NCBI RefSeq assembly: GCF_001194135.2
Contig: NC_068993.1
Span: 3,276,573 to 3,340,572, forward strand
Length of the DNA: 64,000 nucleotides
Direction of reading: 5' to 3'
Source: Octopus bimaculoides
Taxonomy: Eukaryota
Positions 27,181 through 40,928 of the stretch are shown in pieces. The notes beneath the pieces were generated by a model that was not told where the DNA came from, did not search any database, and saw only the letters and a list, made by a program, of their open reading frames with translations. Position numbers and translations under genes: made by a program. Numbering within the stretch: position 1 is the first letter of the stretch; every line of letters begins with the position of its first letter.

Positions 27181-27705
27181 TATTATTCACAAGGTAATTC
27201 TAAGAAGAAAGAGAAATGCATCTCGGTACTTAGTATAGNNNNNNNNNNNNNNNNNNNNNNNNNNNNNNNNNNNNNNNNNNNNNNNNNNNNNNNNNNNNNN
27301 NNNNNNNNNNNNNNNNNNNNNNNNNNNNNNNNNNNNNNNNNNNNNNNNNNNNNNNNNNNNNNNNNNNNNNNNNNNNNNNNNNNNNNNNNNNNNNNNNNNN
27401 NNNNNNNNNNNNNNNNNNNNNNNNNNNNNNNNNNNNNNNNNNNNNNNNNNNNNNNNNNNNNNNNNNNNNNNNNNNNNNNNNNNNNNNNNNNNNNNNNNNN
27501 NNNNNNNNNNNNNNNNNNNNNNNNNNNNNNNNNNNNNNNNNNNNNNNNNNNNNNNNNNNNNNNNNNNNNNNNNNNNNNNNNNNNNNNNNNNNNNNNNNNN
27601 NNNNNNNNNNNNNNNNNNNNNNNNNNNNNNNNNNNNNNNNNNNNNNNNNNNNNNNNNNNNNNNNNNNNNNNNNNNNNNNNNNNNNNNNNNNNNNNNNNNN
27701 NNNNN

Positions 27706-27789
<84 letters not shown>

Positions 27790-28240
27790 AGCAATGTTAA
27801 TTCTCTAAATGAAGTATTAACAGTAACTGCACGATAAAGTGTAGTATATTGCCACTTAAGTGTGGCTGACCCCTAGGGGTGGATGTTACTGTTGCTTTTA
27901 GCCCCAGGAGGACATCTCCTCCAGCTGGCTTATCGACACACGACTGTGTCCTGTTTGTCCAGAATTACGCTTCCTAGTAAAGAAGGGAAACCAAAATCTA
28001 GTTAGTATTAGTGTTGTAAAGTAAATAGGCAGAGTGTGTGAGTCATATAACTTAAGAAAACGTTTGGCATAAATATGTCAACGGGTTGGAGAGTGAATCT
28101 GCTCCCATCAACAACATCAGCGAAATTTAATAACGTCATAAGTTCTTGCTAACTTTGTCAGATTTATGACATAACTGACTGATTCAAACTCTTAGATACG
28201 TGTTGGTCGTTATTTGTGTGTATGTGTATACCTATATATC

Positions 28241-28275
<35 letters not shown>

Positions 28276-28340
28276 ATACAGATATATATATATAAACATA
28301 ATACACGCACATATTCACATCTATATGAATACACACACAT

Positions 28341-28377
<37 letters not shown>

Positions 28378-28813
28378 GGTATTTTTTCTATGTAACAATA
28401 TATTTGCTAACTGAAGAACAAAATAGAAATTGCTTGAGATAACCGTGATCTGCTAGAAAATGTCCGTCTTTTTAAATCTTTACGACAGGCATAACTCACA
28501 TTGCCATGAACCATATCTACAATACAGAAAAGAAGAATTACTTTCCACTGTATGGTGTGAAACGAAAACAATATCAATATATACTACTGTTGTCACAAAA
28601 AAAATTGCATTAACCCAGACATAGAGTAGAAAACCCCAGAATAATTATCTGCATGAGCTCATTGTCGATAATATATCTGTTTGGGAGAATAGTAAACATT
28701 CTATATACTGGTTTCAAAGTAGGTTAGCGATTGTAGGGAAGGCTGCAAGTCCATTATACTGACCTCCAGTACTCAGCTTGTATTTATTTTAATCAATCCT
28801 GAAAGGATGTAAG

Positions 28814-28890
28814 CATGGGCCCGGGAACTGGGGGTGCAAGTGCACCTTCTAAAATTTTTGCGGGGTGCAATATGAAAATTTTGCACCCCT
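28814..28890. mobile_element. Probable terminus of a non-autonomous DNA transposon (hAT-like)
   Basis: CATGGGCCCGGGAACTGGGGGTGCAAGTGCACC and the hairpin GGGGTGCAA-n10-TTGCACCCC. Subterminal GGGGTGC/GCACCCC motifs are common in hAT-type ends. The partner end was not found. Confidence 0.4.
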
Positions 28891-30057
28891 ACTTACTTTT
28901 TCTCAGGTTTAGAAAACTGAATAAAAATTCATCTGTAAAATAGTGGATCTAAGTTGGGTTACTCAGCAGTGAACAAAAGTAAATAAATTAAAAAATAAGA
29001 CTTTCCACTATAAATTGCTTCGGCAAATAAGTCCGAAAGCAATACTAAAAGAAAAAAAATATGAATGGAACCAAATGTTTTGTCAAATCTTCAGTTTTAC
29101 TGAGGTTAACATTATGACACTTTATAGCAGTATAAACTTCCAAACGCTTTCCTGTGATTCTAAACAAGATTCATAAGAATCATTATGGCCTATAAGTAGT
29201 ATTTCATAATCAGCTCTCGGTTATTTCTAACATAGCATGACACACTCTTAATCTCCAATTTGAAACGTTAAATTTTATCACTAAATCAAATTAAGATCAT
29301 CTTTGTTGTCACCATACTATTACTTATATATATATATTTCTATATATATATATATATATTNNNNNNNNNNNNNNNNNNNNNNNNNNNNNNNNNNNNNNNN
29401 NNNNNNNNNNNNNNNNNNNNNNNNNNNNNNNNNNNNNNNNNNNNNNNNNNNNNNNNNNNNGAAGTACTCTAGTTTCATGGCGTACAAGTCGACGAAGTGT
29501 AACATGTACAAACATTCAAACATCGTCACTATCTTACCCAAATCCTCCTACATTTCATTTGAGAGTTTGGGTCCTAAAAGTTCGTCGTGGTGTAGCAGTC
29601 GATCAACATTTTTCGGCTGTAAGTTTTCATCTAAAAAATTCGATTTATATGCTGAAAAATTACGTTCAGAATTTGTGCAAAATTGAATTTTTTTTTTTTG
29701 CCGAAGAAGACATGTAAAAGTCAATCTAATTGTTTAATATCAAATATAAAGAGATGCAATTCAAACATAATAGCTAATATATGTTACCTAATAATGGTTC
29801 TCGATACTACATATGAAATATGCACTTAGTAGTACTTGTATATGTTGGCAGAACAAATGTCGTAAATAGCACATAGGTGTAATATGTGGTAAAAGTTTAG
29901 GACGTGGGAGTTGTTTGAATGAACTGTGATTAGAGCAATCTTCAAACGACGAGACGTGCAAACATACCGTCATCTAATACATTAAGAAAACTATCAGCGC
30001 TTTTTAACTATTGAGATGACCTTTTCTTAAGCAAACAAGCATACCAATGTATCAACT

Positions 30058-30099
<42 letters not shown>

Positions 30100-30626
30100 T
30101 ACATATGCAGATATATAAAGGCATTTTGTAATATTCTTAATATATAAAATATATTTAATATTAGGCTATATATATATGTGCGTTGCAACGTCGTTCGGTA
30201 ACCTTTTCTATGTTAACACTATATTAAATGTCAATCGTATATAGATACATACTGTATACGCAGCTTATAATCTTTTTTCAAATGCACTCATATTTTCAAT
30301 ATATTTAATGTATACATATCATAAGGCAATGTTTATACACGTAAATATATATACATGCATATATGTAGTGCAATGTTTATATCAAATACGCTTATATATA
30401 TATATATAAGTATGTATATATATTTATACGCATACATGTATCGGCGGCAAATTGGGAGTCATTAGAATGTCAGCAATATTGCTTCGCGTTACGCATTTCA
30501 GTTCGCTGCGCTGTTCAAATCTCGCCAAAGACTTTCATCCGTTTAAGATCGACAAATAAAGTACCAACCCTGTATTGGAATGGATTGTTTTCTCTCTTTA
30601 ATTCTTTCTATCTGACCCTTTCTCCT

Positions 30627-30841
30627 TCTTTTCTACTCTAGGCACAAGGCCCGAAATTTTTGCGGCGGGGGCTAGTCGATTAGTTCGACTCCAGTATGCA
30701 ACTGGTTCTTAATTTATCGACCTCGAAAGGATGACAGGCAAAGTCGACCTCGGCGGAATTTGAACTCAGAACGTAAATGCAGACAAAATACCGCTAAGCA
30801 TTTCGCCCGGCGTGCTAACGTTTCTGTCAGCTCACCGCCTT
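30627..30841 (-). mobile_element. SINE family B, full length, relatively young
   Basis: The minus strand reads GGCGGTGAGCTGACAGAAACGTTAGCACGCCGGGCGAAATGCTTAGCGG...TTCTGAGTTCAAATTCCGCCGAGGTCGACTTTGCC...GGGCCTTGTGCCTAGAGTAGAAAAG. Confidence 0.9.
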
Positions 30842-33800
30842 ACTCTACTAAAATATGTAACGAAATACTTCAGTTTAAAGTTGTTGGTATTATAGCTTGA
30901 CATAAAACAAACATTAAGAAATAAACGTGTGTGTTTTTCTAGGTATGTCTGCATGCTTGGATACATGTATGTATATCTGTATGTATGCATGTTTGCATGT
31001 CTGTTTATATATGCTTGTATATATACATGTACGTATGTGGGGGTGTTTGCGTGTGCGCAATCTGTAACATTACAAAGTTCATCGATGTATTTATTTAACA
31101 TATAGTTATAAAAACATATTCCGTAATTTGTTTAAACACCAAAACCATCTCCCATCCATCTTTCATATATATACATTGTATATATCTCTTCCAAAACGAT
31201 TAAATAATTTGCGACTGTTATATTGTTGCCCGAATATAATCCATTTGTTTTATCTTATGGCTTTACATAATAGACACTACTGTACCAAACATCGATACGA
31301 ACATTTTGTGGAAATCTACGCTTGATTGTTTATTTATTACTTAGGATGTACGTTATCGAATCTGGGTGGATTAGAAAATAATATTGGCTGGTTTCAGATA
31401 AGGAACAACTTTATAGTTTTAATAGAGATACTGTAATATTGTGAAGTTAATGTCATTCTAGGTGCCGCCTTTATTACTAATGTACGTTCATTTGTCTAAG
31501 CAGGGGAGGTGCGTGTGTTACAACATTATGGTTTAACTATCCATACATCACTAGGTGTAACTCAGTGTTTCCTCTAAGTAATATAATCCAGATGTAGGGC
31601 TTGGTTACGGGTGGATGAGATACTATTGATGTATTGAATACATTGCAGTATTAAAAAAGTCCATTCTGTTGCACACATTCAAGCTTGACGATACCTTTCC
31701 GCTCTCTTACCGATCTCTGAGACGTCATGGGTACGTCCTTTCCTCCTGACTAACTGATAAAAACAGATTGTACCCATCAGTTAAAACTTCCCTATCTCTT
31801 TCTACTGCACCAGCCTTACCACTATGTACACTCGCAGCTAAAGCGCAAAAGCATCTTCGTGTATCTGAAAGCAACAACCCACTCGTCCTTAAAATGCCTA
31901 TTCCTTTGCTTTGAAATAATTCATCTTTGGGGTTTTCTCTATACTTTCCAAATCTTCAATCTCACTTTTTAAGCATCTATCCCGATATGTGAAAACGTGG
32001 CAAGAGCAAACCCCTATTAACCATTCAGAGCTGCAGCGTCTTTATTATGAAGTACAATAACTGTGACCTGAAAGTCTTGGTGTTGTGATCATTTGTTTAC
32101 ATCTCATAGCAATTATTACTTCGAAAAAGCAGGGTTCCGTGTGACCAACACATTATTGCGTTTTCCATGTTTTATCTGAATGTATTTGAATGAGAAAGAG
32201 AGGCCAGTTTTCCATCGTAGTTGAGACATTGGCAAAAGAGGGGATATCAATTTATACAAACAATTGCTACGAGAATATTTCCAAATCACCAGAACTCAGC
32301 AAGCGAAGAACATGATTGTAAAATATCGATTTTAATTTCTAACAATTCCATTTCTCTTATACCATTAAATTTTTTGGCTCTATTAATGTAAGTAACACCT
32401 ACGGCTCCTTATAAATATGATACTTTAAGCTTTTGAAAGGTTCTAAAAATCATCTGTTAGAACGTCTAACTGTATTGAGTGTTATGTATTATTTTCCAAG
32501 TTCAAGGTGGACATTATCTCGTGTCCTTTCTTAGGAAGTATTGATAAGGAAGGTTTCGATTTCACCGATTCGATCAACATTCTACAAAACTTCGATTTCT
32601 TAGCAAGTCATAAAATATCAATAATTCCTAACATAAACATCAGACCAATGTGGAATATCAAATGAAAATATTTCAAAGTAGATTCTAAAAGAACTGTAGC
32701 AAAATTCGCCTTAAGGAGTTTGTTGGAAACCTTACATTGACAATGTTAACGAGGGAGAATATGTAACCTGTTGGGGGTGGGGGGAGTTATTGATGGAAAT
32801 ATATTCTTGGATGAAGAATTTAAAACAACAAAACCTCACATAAACTGTGGTAAATTCGGTGACTGGCTTTAAGGAATCCTGCAAGTATATCTGAAACAAT
32901 ACTTCCGGGAACCATATTGATGAAGGTAACGCACTTCAATGGATAACATTTTCGGTATATCATCCAAAGATAAAACCAAACTCGCGAAATAAATAAATGA
33001 ATAAATAAATAAACAGATAGATAAACAAATAAAAGAACAGTCTCTGAAGACAGCAAGCTGAAGAAAATTTCTTTTCTAGAGTATTACAAGATGATAGAAA
33101 AATAGTGCTAAAATGTTAGGTGTCTAAAGCAAGCGTATCTATATTATAAGTCTATAGAATTAGTGTTTAGACATGACATTTCAACAGTTTATTTTGGTGG
33201 TAAATATTTACCTAATTGGTGTTTGGGTGAAAGCAAACAATGACGAATGTAAAATTTGTTTTTAGTTTTTACAGTATTTTCTAATATACTGACTCCAGTT
33301 AAATAGATTCTCGATACAAAAAGCAACATTAGTTCTTCAGATCTCTCTAAAACTGACAAGAAACACAGATTAACAACGTTTCGCTTGTTTTTCAATGTAA
33401 CCTATTTTAAGTGACAACATTTTATGTCGAAACTATTTTCTTTAACGAAAGTAACTTTTTCACTTGCATTAGTCAATTTCCTCGCTTTCTTTTCTATTAT
33501 ATGTTTCGTAGCATATACGTGAGTCTGTGTAAAATATGAGCATCTGTATATAATATATTTACACACACACACACACACATAATGGTATATTGATTGTAGG
33601 TGAATATACGCATACATACACACTTGTGTATCTATGTTTCTATTGTTTACTATTTACTTTATCTAATTTCATTTGTATTCTTATCTTTTCATTTGCAACA
33701 TCACATAACAGATTTCGCCTATCGTAACCTTGTCGTGCATGGCCTCGATCACCAGCCGTACTATCTTTTGTGAGTCAGCATACAAAACAAGTTGACACAA

Positions 33801-34559
33801 CATCAACTTAATCAATAACTCTCTTTCACTTCTCTTCGATAAACACGTTCGAAATTTCTTAATTTCATTCAGTTAAGCAGCTTCTATTGTCTGTGCGTAA
33901 ATATTTTAACCGAACACTACCAGAAATTATTACATTCATTGCTTCCATAGATTTTCTTAATGTTCGGCAATATACAGCAATCTACTTATCTTGACATCTG
34001 ATCTTCCCATTGAATAACTGTTTCTTGCCCATTGCTGCAAGCTATAGCCGTTTCTGATCAAATCACTTGTTTAAAGAAACACCTCAAAAAGGGAAGATTA
34101 GTGACTGTAAATTTATATTTAGAATATGTTAAGCTGATATTATTTGCTTCTGATAATATCCTGTTCGATTTGTGAACTAATCAGAAATTTTCTCTGTACT
34201 TGGCATCGTTTTCCTGTTCTGAGAAGACTTCTTTAGCATTGATATTTAGATTAAATACACTTCCTATTTCCAACACAGTGTCTTTGTGTATGCAGACTAT
34301 AAAAAAATGTATGGAGCATCAGTATATAGGGAGAGGAGCAAGACAGAAAGAAAGGGACGAATTTTCTTGGTGTAACAAACGTAGAGTGGTCGGTGCGTGC
34401 CTTAAGTTATTACAACACGGTACACTGAACATAAAGGGTTTCGTTATATCTTGTAAACCAAGACATAAACGAGATAACTATGCTTCAATGCATAGATAAC
34501 TGACAGTGATTGCATACTGAGACCTGTCCTAACTGGAAAACCGAATGATATATTCCCAA

Positions 34560-34795
34560 ACAGTTATTATTATTATTATTATTATTATTCATAATCATCA
34601 TCATCAACACCGTAATCCTCACCATCTTTTCATTTTCATTATCAATTTCGCCATTATCAGCATTATCAACGTTAATTACAATATCATTGCTAATGTTATA
34701 ATCTCCAGCAATACAAACAACAACAACTTCCTCATCAACAGCAACAACAACATCAACAACAACAATTGTGTTAGATGAAGCAATAACAGCAACAT
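34560..34795. repeat. (TAT)/(CAT)/(CAA) microsatellite region
   Basis: Directly visible. Confidence 0.9.
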
Positions 34796-35130
34796 AAATA
34801 TTTTATCTCTTATTTTCCGTACTGTAATAGACTGAACAGCGCCATAGTAAATAATGCTTGAGTAAGCTAAATCTGAATGCTAACACATTTAAGATAATCT
34901 CATTCTCACCCCCTTAAGGTTTCTCTGTTCAATCACTGCCTATTCTACTAACATTAGTAGCCTTGAATGCCAAAAGAAGCCGCAGAAACACAGAATAGTA
35001 ACCAACAAAGAAAGACCTGGTGGGATTTGACAAACTTCATTGTCTAAGATACAGCACTGGCTAATCCCAAAATTCAATCATTCTCACTATCTCATTCTAC
35101 GTACACACAGATACACTTGTACATGCATTC

Positions 35131-35167
<37 letters not shown>

Positions 35168-35400
35168 TATCAATACTATGAGCATATAAATGCGCGCACA
35201 CATACACATACACAGCCCCTCATAGACACACATGTTCAGGTTTGCATAATATGTACACACACGCATAATATAAATACACCATAATGCAGCACTTTAATAT
35301 AAGTTAATTATTAACTCTGCCAAGAAATAGATATGTAACAGAAACATTCCTTTTAACAGGTGCCCCTTTATAATTCCTTTTCATATTCACAACAAACAAA

Positions 35401-36250
35401 GCACCAGGCTGGCAGAATCATTTTCACATTCGGGAGATGCTTAATGGCATCTTTACGTTCTCAGTTCAAATTCTGCCATAGTAGACATTGCCTTTCATCT
35501 TTTTGTGATCAACAAAATAAGTACCAGTCGAGTACTGGGGTTAATGTCATTGACTTATCACTCCCTCGCACCGATACTGCTGGCCTTGTCCCAAAATCTG
35601 AAACCAACATTTATAATGCTTTCTACCAAAGGCACAAGGCCTGAAAATTTGGGGTGTGGGATAGCCGATTATATCGACCCCAGTACGCAACTGGTACTTA
35701 TTTCATCGACTCCGAAAGAATGAAAGGCAAGTCGACATCGGAGGAGTTTGAACTCCGAACGTAGCAGCAAACGAAATACTGCTAAGCATTTCGTCCAGCA
35801 CGCTAACGCTTCTGCCAGCTCGCCATCTTAACGTTTATTATAAATATTGGTTTCAAGGCGGCGAGCTGGAAGAAGCATTAGCACGCCGGATAAAAGGCTT
35901 CGCGCTAGTTTGTCCGTCTTTGTTCTGAGTTCAAATTCCGACAAGATCAACTTTTCATTTCATCCTTTCGGGGTCGATAAATTAAGTAGCAGTTGAACAC
36001 TGGGGATGATGTAATCGTCTTACCCACTCTCCTCTTAATATTGCTGAAATAATTATTAGAGCGCCAGAAAAAAAAGGCTTTACAGTATTTCTTCCGGATC
36101 TCTTATATTCTGAGTTTGAGTCTTGCCGATCTTACCTTTACCTTTCCTCCCTTTGGGATCAATTAAATAACGCACCAGTCATGTATTCGAATCGATTGTA
36201 TCGATTAACACTCGCCTCCCAAGCTTTTTGGTCTTGTCACTAAATCACAA
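35401..36250. mobile_element. Cluster of four family B SINEs: 35401-35612 (+), 35616-35829 (-), 35855-36045 (+), 36060-36250 (+)
   Basis: Each carries the GCTGGCAGAA head and/or TTCT.AGTTCAAATTC..CTTTCATC body in the orientation given. Confidence 0.8.
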
Positions 36251-36263
36251 ACCTTGAACTGGG

Positions 36264-36470
36264 ACTTTGTCGGTTAAGACGACGAGTATTCCAGTTGATC
36301 CGATCAATGGAAAGGCCTGCTCGTGAAATTGATGTGCAGGTGACCGAGAACTTCGCAGACACGCGTAACCTTAACGAAATGCTCGACAAGACTTAACGTG
36401 TAACAAGGCTGGCCCTTTGAAATGCAGATACTTCACCTTTTTTGCTAGTTGAATCGACTGGAGCAACGTG
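36264..36470 (-). mobile_element. SINE family C, 3' part
   Basis: GACGACGAG..TTCCAGTTGATC...ACAAGGCTGGCCCTTTGAAAT...GGAGCAACGTG is the reverse complement of 62585-62770. Confidence 0.8.
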
Positions 36471-37269
36471 TAGTATCCAACGCGCTGCAGGGAAGTGAAC
36501 TTCCTAACTTAAGTTTGTAAGCTTTATTCCCTAACCACTAAGCTGCGTGCCTTCACAAAACATTATCAAAGACATTCATCACATGATTACAACCTGATTA
36601 TGCAAGATAGGTTTGTAAAGGCAAATTTTAAATTTAAAAGTCTACTCTTTAATAATTTGAAGTCTAGTCTTTAATAAGTACTTCGAAAATTATTAAAGAT
36701 GCTCATTATATGTAAACACGTCGATTATATGCAATCTTTAAATGTAGCCAACAATGAGAATGTACAAGTCAAACCTTCTGATCATACAGAAACAGATCTT
36801 AGTAGATTAATTAGTAATAACAATTGATTATTAGCAATTAATTAGTAATAATGTATTAGCGTTAACAAAGAATAATTCAAAGAAAAATGCATCACAATCC
36901 TGCCAATCACAAAATTGGTCAAATTAACGCAACATTGGAATATTTCCAACAGGAAACAGAGAACTTTCAAAAGTTCTGTTTGTGGATTTCTTGCTAGTGG
37001 CGTTTCTGAGAATTAAGTTCTTTGTAGTGAAGTGAACGGGTAAGTAACCGAGTATTCCACAGACATATATGTACCTTTGTAGTAATTCGCAGATAGAATA
37101 AATGTGACAAAGTGAAAAGGCTGGTTTGTTGGAATTCAGTGTAGAGGGGAAGGAAGAGGTAGAGGAGAGAAAGAAGTGGAAAAGGGAAGAGAGGTAGAGG
37201 AGGAGGAAGGAGGGAAGTATCGATTCTAGAATAAAGGTTGTTTAAGGATGTTTAACAAAACATCCATGC

Positions 37270-37572
37270 TTCCAAAGTTGAATTATCCAAGCCCCAAAGA
37301 ATTCCTCTCAACACAGGGCTATGATGCTCCTCCACTACTTCTGCTCATGATCAGAGATGCACATATCATCAGCCACTAAGGGACATGCTCAATTGGTTAA
37401 GGTCAAGCAACTGACATACAAATCTGTGGTATTTGAGCAGAATATTTGTTGCAGCCCATCTTTTATACCAAGACAAAACAATGTACATGATAACACTTCC
37501 AATCAGTTAAGATGAGAAGCCACGAGAGCCACTGCCTGTTACTGCATCCGGGCATTTATTATTATTATTATT
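37270..37572 (+). mobile_element. Probable LINE 3' UTR ending in (ATT)n tail
   Basis: About 300 bp of complex sequence ends abruptly in GGGCATTTATTATTATTATTATT. There is only one copy in this window; the family is recognised from memory only. Confidence 0.4.
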
Positions 37573-38129
37573 CTTTCGGTTTTTTATTGTCCCCGTCATC
37601 CTTCGCCCTAGTGGCAAATAAATGAATGGCCAGCGTAAAAGGACCAATTCTGAGCGTGCACCTGTAAAAATGGAATCAAAGGAGAAAGGCTCTTGCCCTG
37701 TTGTTCAGGCACCCGTGACTTTTGTGGGGATTCCGACGAGGACCTTAAAGCGCTTCCCCAATTGGAGGTTTCAATTTGTTCAGTTTTCATTATTATATTG
37801 TGTACACACAGAAAACCCATTGTATCATCCTGTTTTTGTCTTTTGTGTTGTTGTATGTCTTTTAATCTTTTTGTATTATTAGCCTTGTGGTTAATAAAAG
37901 AATAAACCAACATTATTATTATTATTATTATTATTATTCCGTTATATTTCAGAATTATCACGAAACTATCTCATTTAAATCAGCTAAAATTCAGTCAAAA
38001 CTAATATGTTTAAAAGTTAAAAATCTTTTATCTATTTTTGATGGCGATTCCTTTAAGAGCTTGAATCTTTAACTCTTTGCAATTGCCTGCAAACATTTTC
38101 ATTAATAGAATTGGTTCGGAAATATTTTG

Positions 38130-39010
38130 GGTTGTTGTTGTTGTTACTCTTCGGTGTCGTTCGCTGATGATGTTGTTTGGGGTTGTTGTCGACGAATTCT
38201 GTTGTTGCAGCCATACTAGCTTTCTTTTTCTTCTTCTCCTCCTCCTCCTTCGCCTCCTCCCTTCTACCTTCTCGCGTTTTTCTTCTCCGTCTCCTGTTCT
38301 TTTTTCTTCTACCTCCTCCACCGCTTTCCCTCCTCTGCTCCCCCTTCTCCACTTCCTCTTTTCCCCCTTTTCTTCTCTGCTTCCTCCTTTTCTGCCTCCC
38401 CTTTTCCACCACCTCCCCTTATCCTCCCTCCTCCTCCCCCCTCCTCTTCCCCCTCCCTCCTCTTCCTCCTACTCCGCCTGGTTCTCCTCCTATTGCTGTT
38501 TCTGTTGTTGTTCCTCTTCTTCTTATTATTATTATCATCATCATTCTTTTATTTTCTCAAAGATATTGTCAAGCTATTTACACTAATACACTTGTGTTGT
38601 GTTCGTTAATTTTATTTGTTTTTTATTCGTACCATATTTTTTTGGTTCTGTATTTTAGTTTTATTTTCCTCTCGTCCTGAGCTTTAAATTTGTCGAAATG
38701 TGTAAGGAAACTAATTAAGGACATTAAATGGTCTGCGGCAGCAATTAAAACTTTTACAGCCAACTCTTGCTGTCTTTTACAGTTTCAGCTAAGATATTCA
38801 CAGCGGAAACTACAACAACTACAACCACCACCACCACCGCTACTACTGGTGTTGCTGCTGCAACTACTGTCAACTATGATGAAGACGACCCCGGTGAAGA
38901 CCACTATAAAAAGTAGTAGTGGTAGTAGTAGTAGTAACGAAGACGTTGACGATGACGAAACACGATGACGATAACAATGATGATGATGAGGATGAGGTTG
39001 ACGATAATAA
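38130..39010. repeat. Polypyrimidine tract (~38215-38525) plus decayed trinucleotide repeats (TTG, CCT, TAT, CAA, CCA, TAG, GAT)
   Basis: Directly visible; explains the low-complexity ORFs at 38028-39107. Confidence 0.9.
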
Positions 39011-40649
39011 ATTAGAAAAAATTGCGCCAAGCCAACCTGGGAAAGAGAAAAAGGAAATAAAACCACTAATTTCGTGCTACCTAAAGAATCAGAGATGCTG
39101 GAACTAAACTTATTTTCAAATGCTTAGGAACTGAGAAACAAAACAGGATATCACACACAACTGAGGATATCATAAAGGAATATTAATAGACGCTCTAGAA
39201 GTATATTCTAAAACAGAGCTAAATGTTTCAAATAGATGATAATAGACATTAGCTCTTTAATTGTATAAATAAAGCTTCTCATCGCCTATTGGGATCGAAA
39301 ACAAGGCCTCCTGCAAATTTTGTTGACATGCCAACTACTGAGCCAAGTTATCTCGGCTTATGTAATGCTGACGATTTTAAATAAGACTGAAATGACGCTA
39401 GACATGTGACTAGAAGGAACATCTTTGTTAATGAGCAAAAAATTAAAAATATAATAATAAATATGTATATTCTATGGATATTTTCTTTGGTCTTCGAAAT
39501 AAAATTCAGATTTTTCATCTGGCCACGGAATATCTAGAAGTGGTCATCCCCCTTGCAATAACGGGTCACCGGGCTAATGCTAGTTATCGTGATAGTATTC
39601 GCTCATTCATGTTGAAAATGAATAAGTGGACCTTATAAAAAAAAAATAAAATTAGAAAAGTTACGACAACATCGCAACGCACCACCCAAAATCATTACGT
39701 AGAAATATATTTACGGGAAGTACAGTATCATACAGGTTTTATGTAACTAGATAACTATTATGAAATGCTCCCTGTAGGACTACATGAATATATCGTAAAG
39801 AAAACTGAGAACTGCTAGAAATATTTGCAATATATAAATAATATCATCTGTCTTTAATTTTGAAATGGAATTGAAGTGACAGTTGCAAGGAGGGAGAAGC
39901 AAAAGTACAGAAAATGTGAAGAGGCTAAGAAACAGAGATAAATGTATACACAAATGCGCAAATACAGACATACATACTCATATAAATGTCAGTATTGATC
40001 GTGGAAGTGCTCTATGCAACCAAAATGTACAATAGCTTATGTATCCCAGTCGGACAAACAGGTAATTGGACAGACACAATGTAACTATATGTGTGAGTGT
40101 ATGTGTTGATACATAACATAGACACATACTCACAGAGGCATGCATAGACACAGATCCATTATAAATATACTCTATTGTTATTGTACTACTAGTATATCCC
40201 TGGCTGTTGTCTTCCAGTAAACTCACAAAGTTTGCTAACAACTGTATAACGCAAATAAATCCTTCTTCCTGTCTCTCTGTCTCTCAAATATGAATATGGA
40301 CACCACACAAACGTGTATCTGGAGGTGAACGATGGCATACGTATTTATAAATATACTATTCACGGAAAGATGGTTCTAAACGAGATTTCATGAAATCTAT
40401 CTCTCTAGTGAGCAATTTGTCTATCTGCCTGCCTCACTAAATATATATGCATGCGTATATAGATGTGTATGTGTGTGTATGGGATGGGGGAGTGTCTGCA
40501 GAAGGTTGTCTAACATTTGAAACTAATGTTTACCATTTATTTGATCAAATTTTGTAAACTAAACCTTGAAACCGAATATTTTACAAAATATTAGTTATTA
40601 ATTACATTATCTACAATGGATGGATAAGTGTCCTCATATTGTTTGTTGT

Positions 40650-40700
40650 TATCACAGCGTTTCAGCTGATGTTCTCTCCAGCCTTCATCAGGTGTTCTGA
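40650..40700 (-). ncRNA. Minimal type I hammerhead ribozyme-like motif, degenerate (U16.1>C)
   Basis: The minus strand reads AACAC CTGATGA A GGCTG gagagaacat CAGCT GAAA CGCT GTGAT. This gives an intact CUGAUGA box, an extra A, a 5-bp stem II, a GAAA box, a near-palindromic stem III (ACGY) and a CAC/GTG stem I. Confidence 0.6.
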
Positions 40701-40882
40701 TGGAATTTCGAAACAAGCCCTTTATTTGACTAATGTGGTATACTGTTCTCATTCCTAAGCTACGTTGCTGATGTCATTTTTCTGTTGATATTATTTTTAA
40801 AGTCCCTTCTTCAGTTTGAACTTAGAATCCGAGGGTTATATCTCATTAGTGAAATAAAGAGCTGGGTTTGAAATTTTACCAG

Positions 40883-40928
40883 AACACATGATGAAGGCTG
40901 GAGCGTACATCAGCTGAAATGTTGTGAT
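40883..40928 (+). ncRNA. Second minimal hammerhead-like motif, degenerate (C3>A)
   Basis: AACAC ATGATGA A GGCTG gagcgtacat CAGCT GAAA TGTT GTGAT: same architecture as the left arm, with different lesions. Confidence 0.5.
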
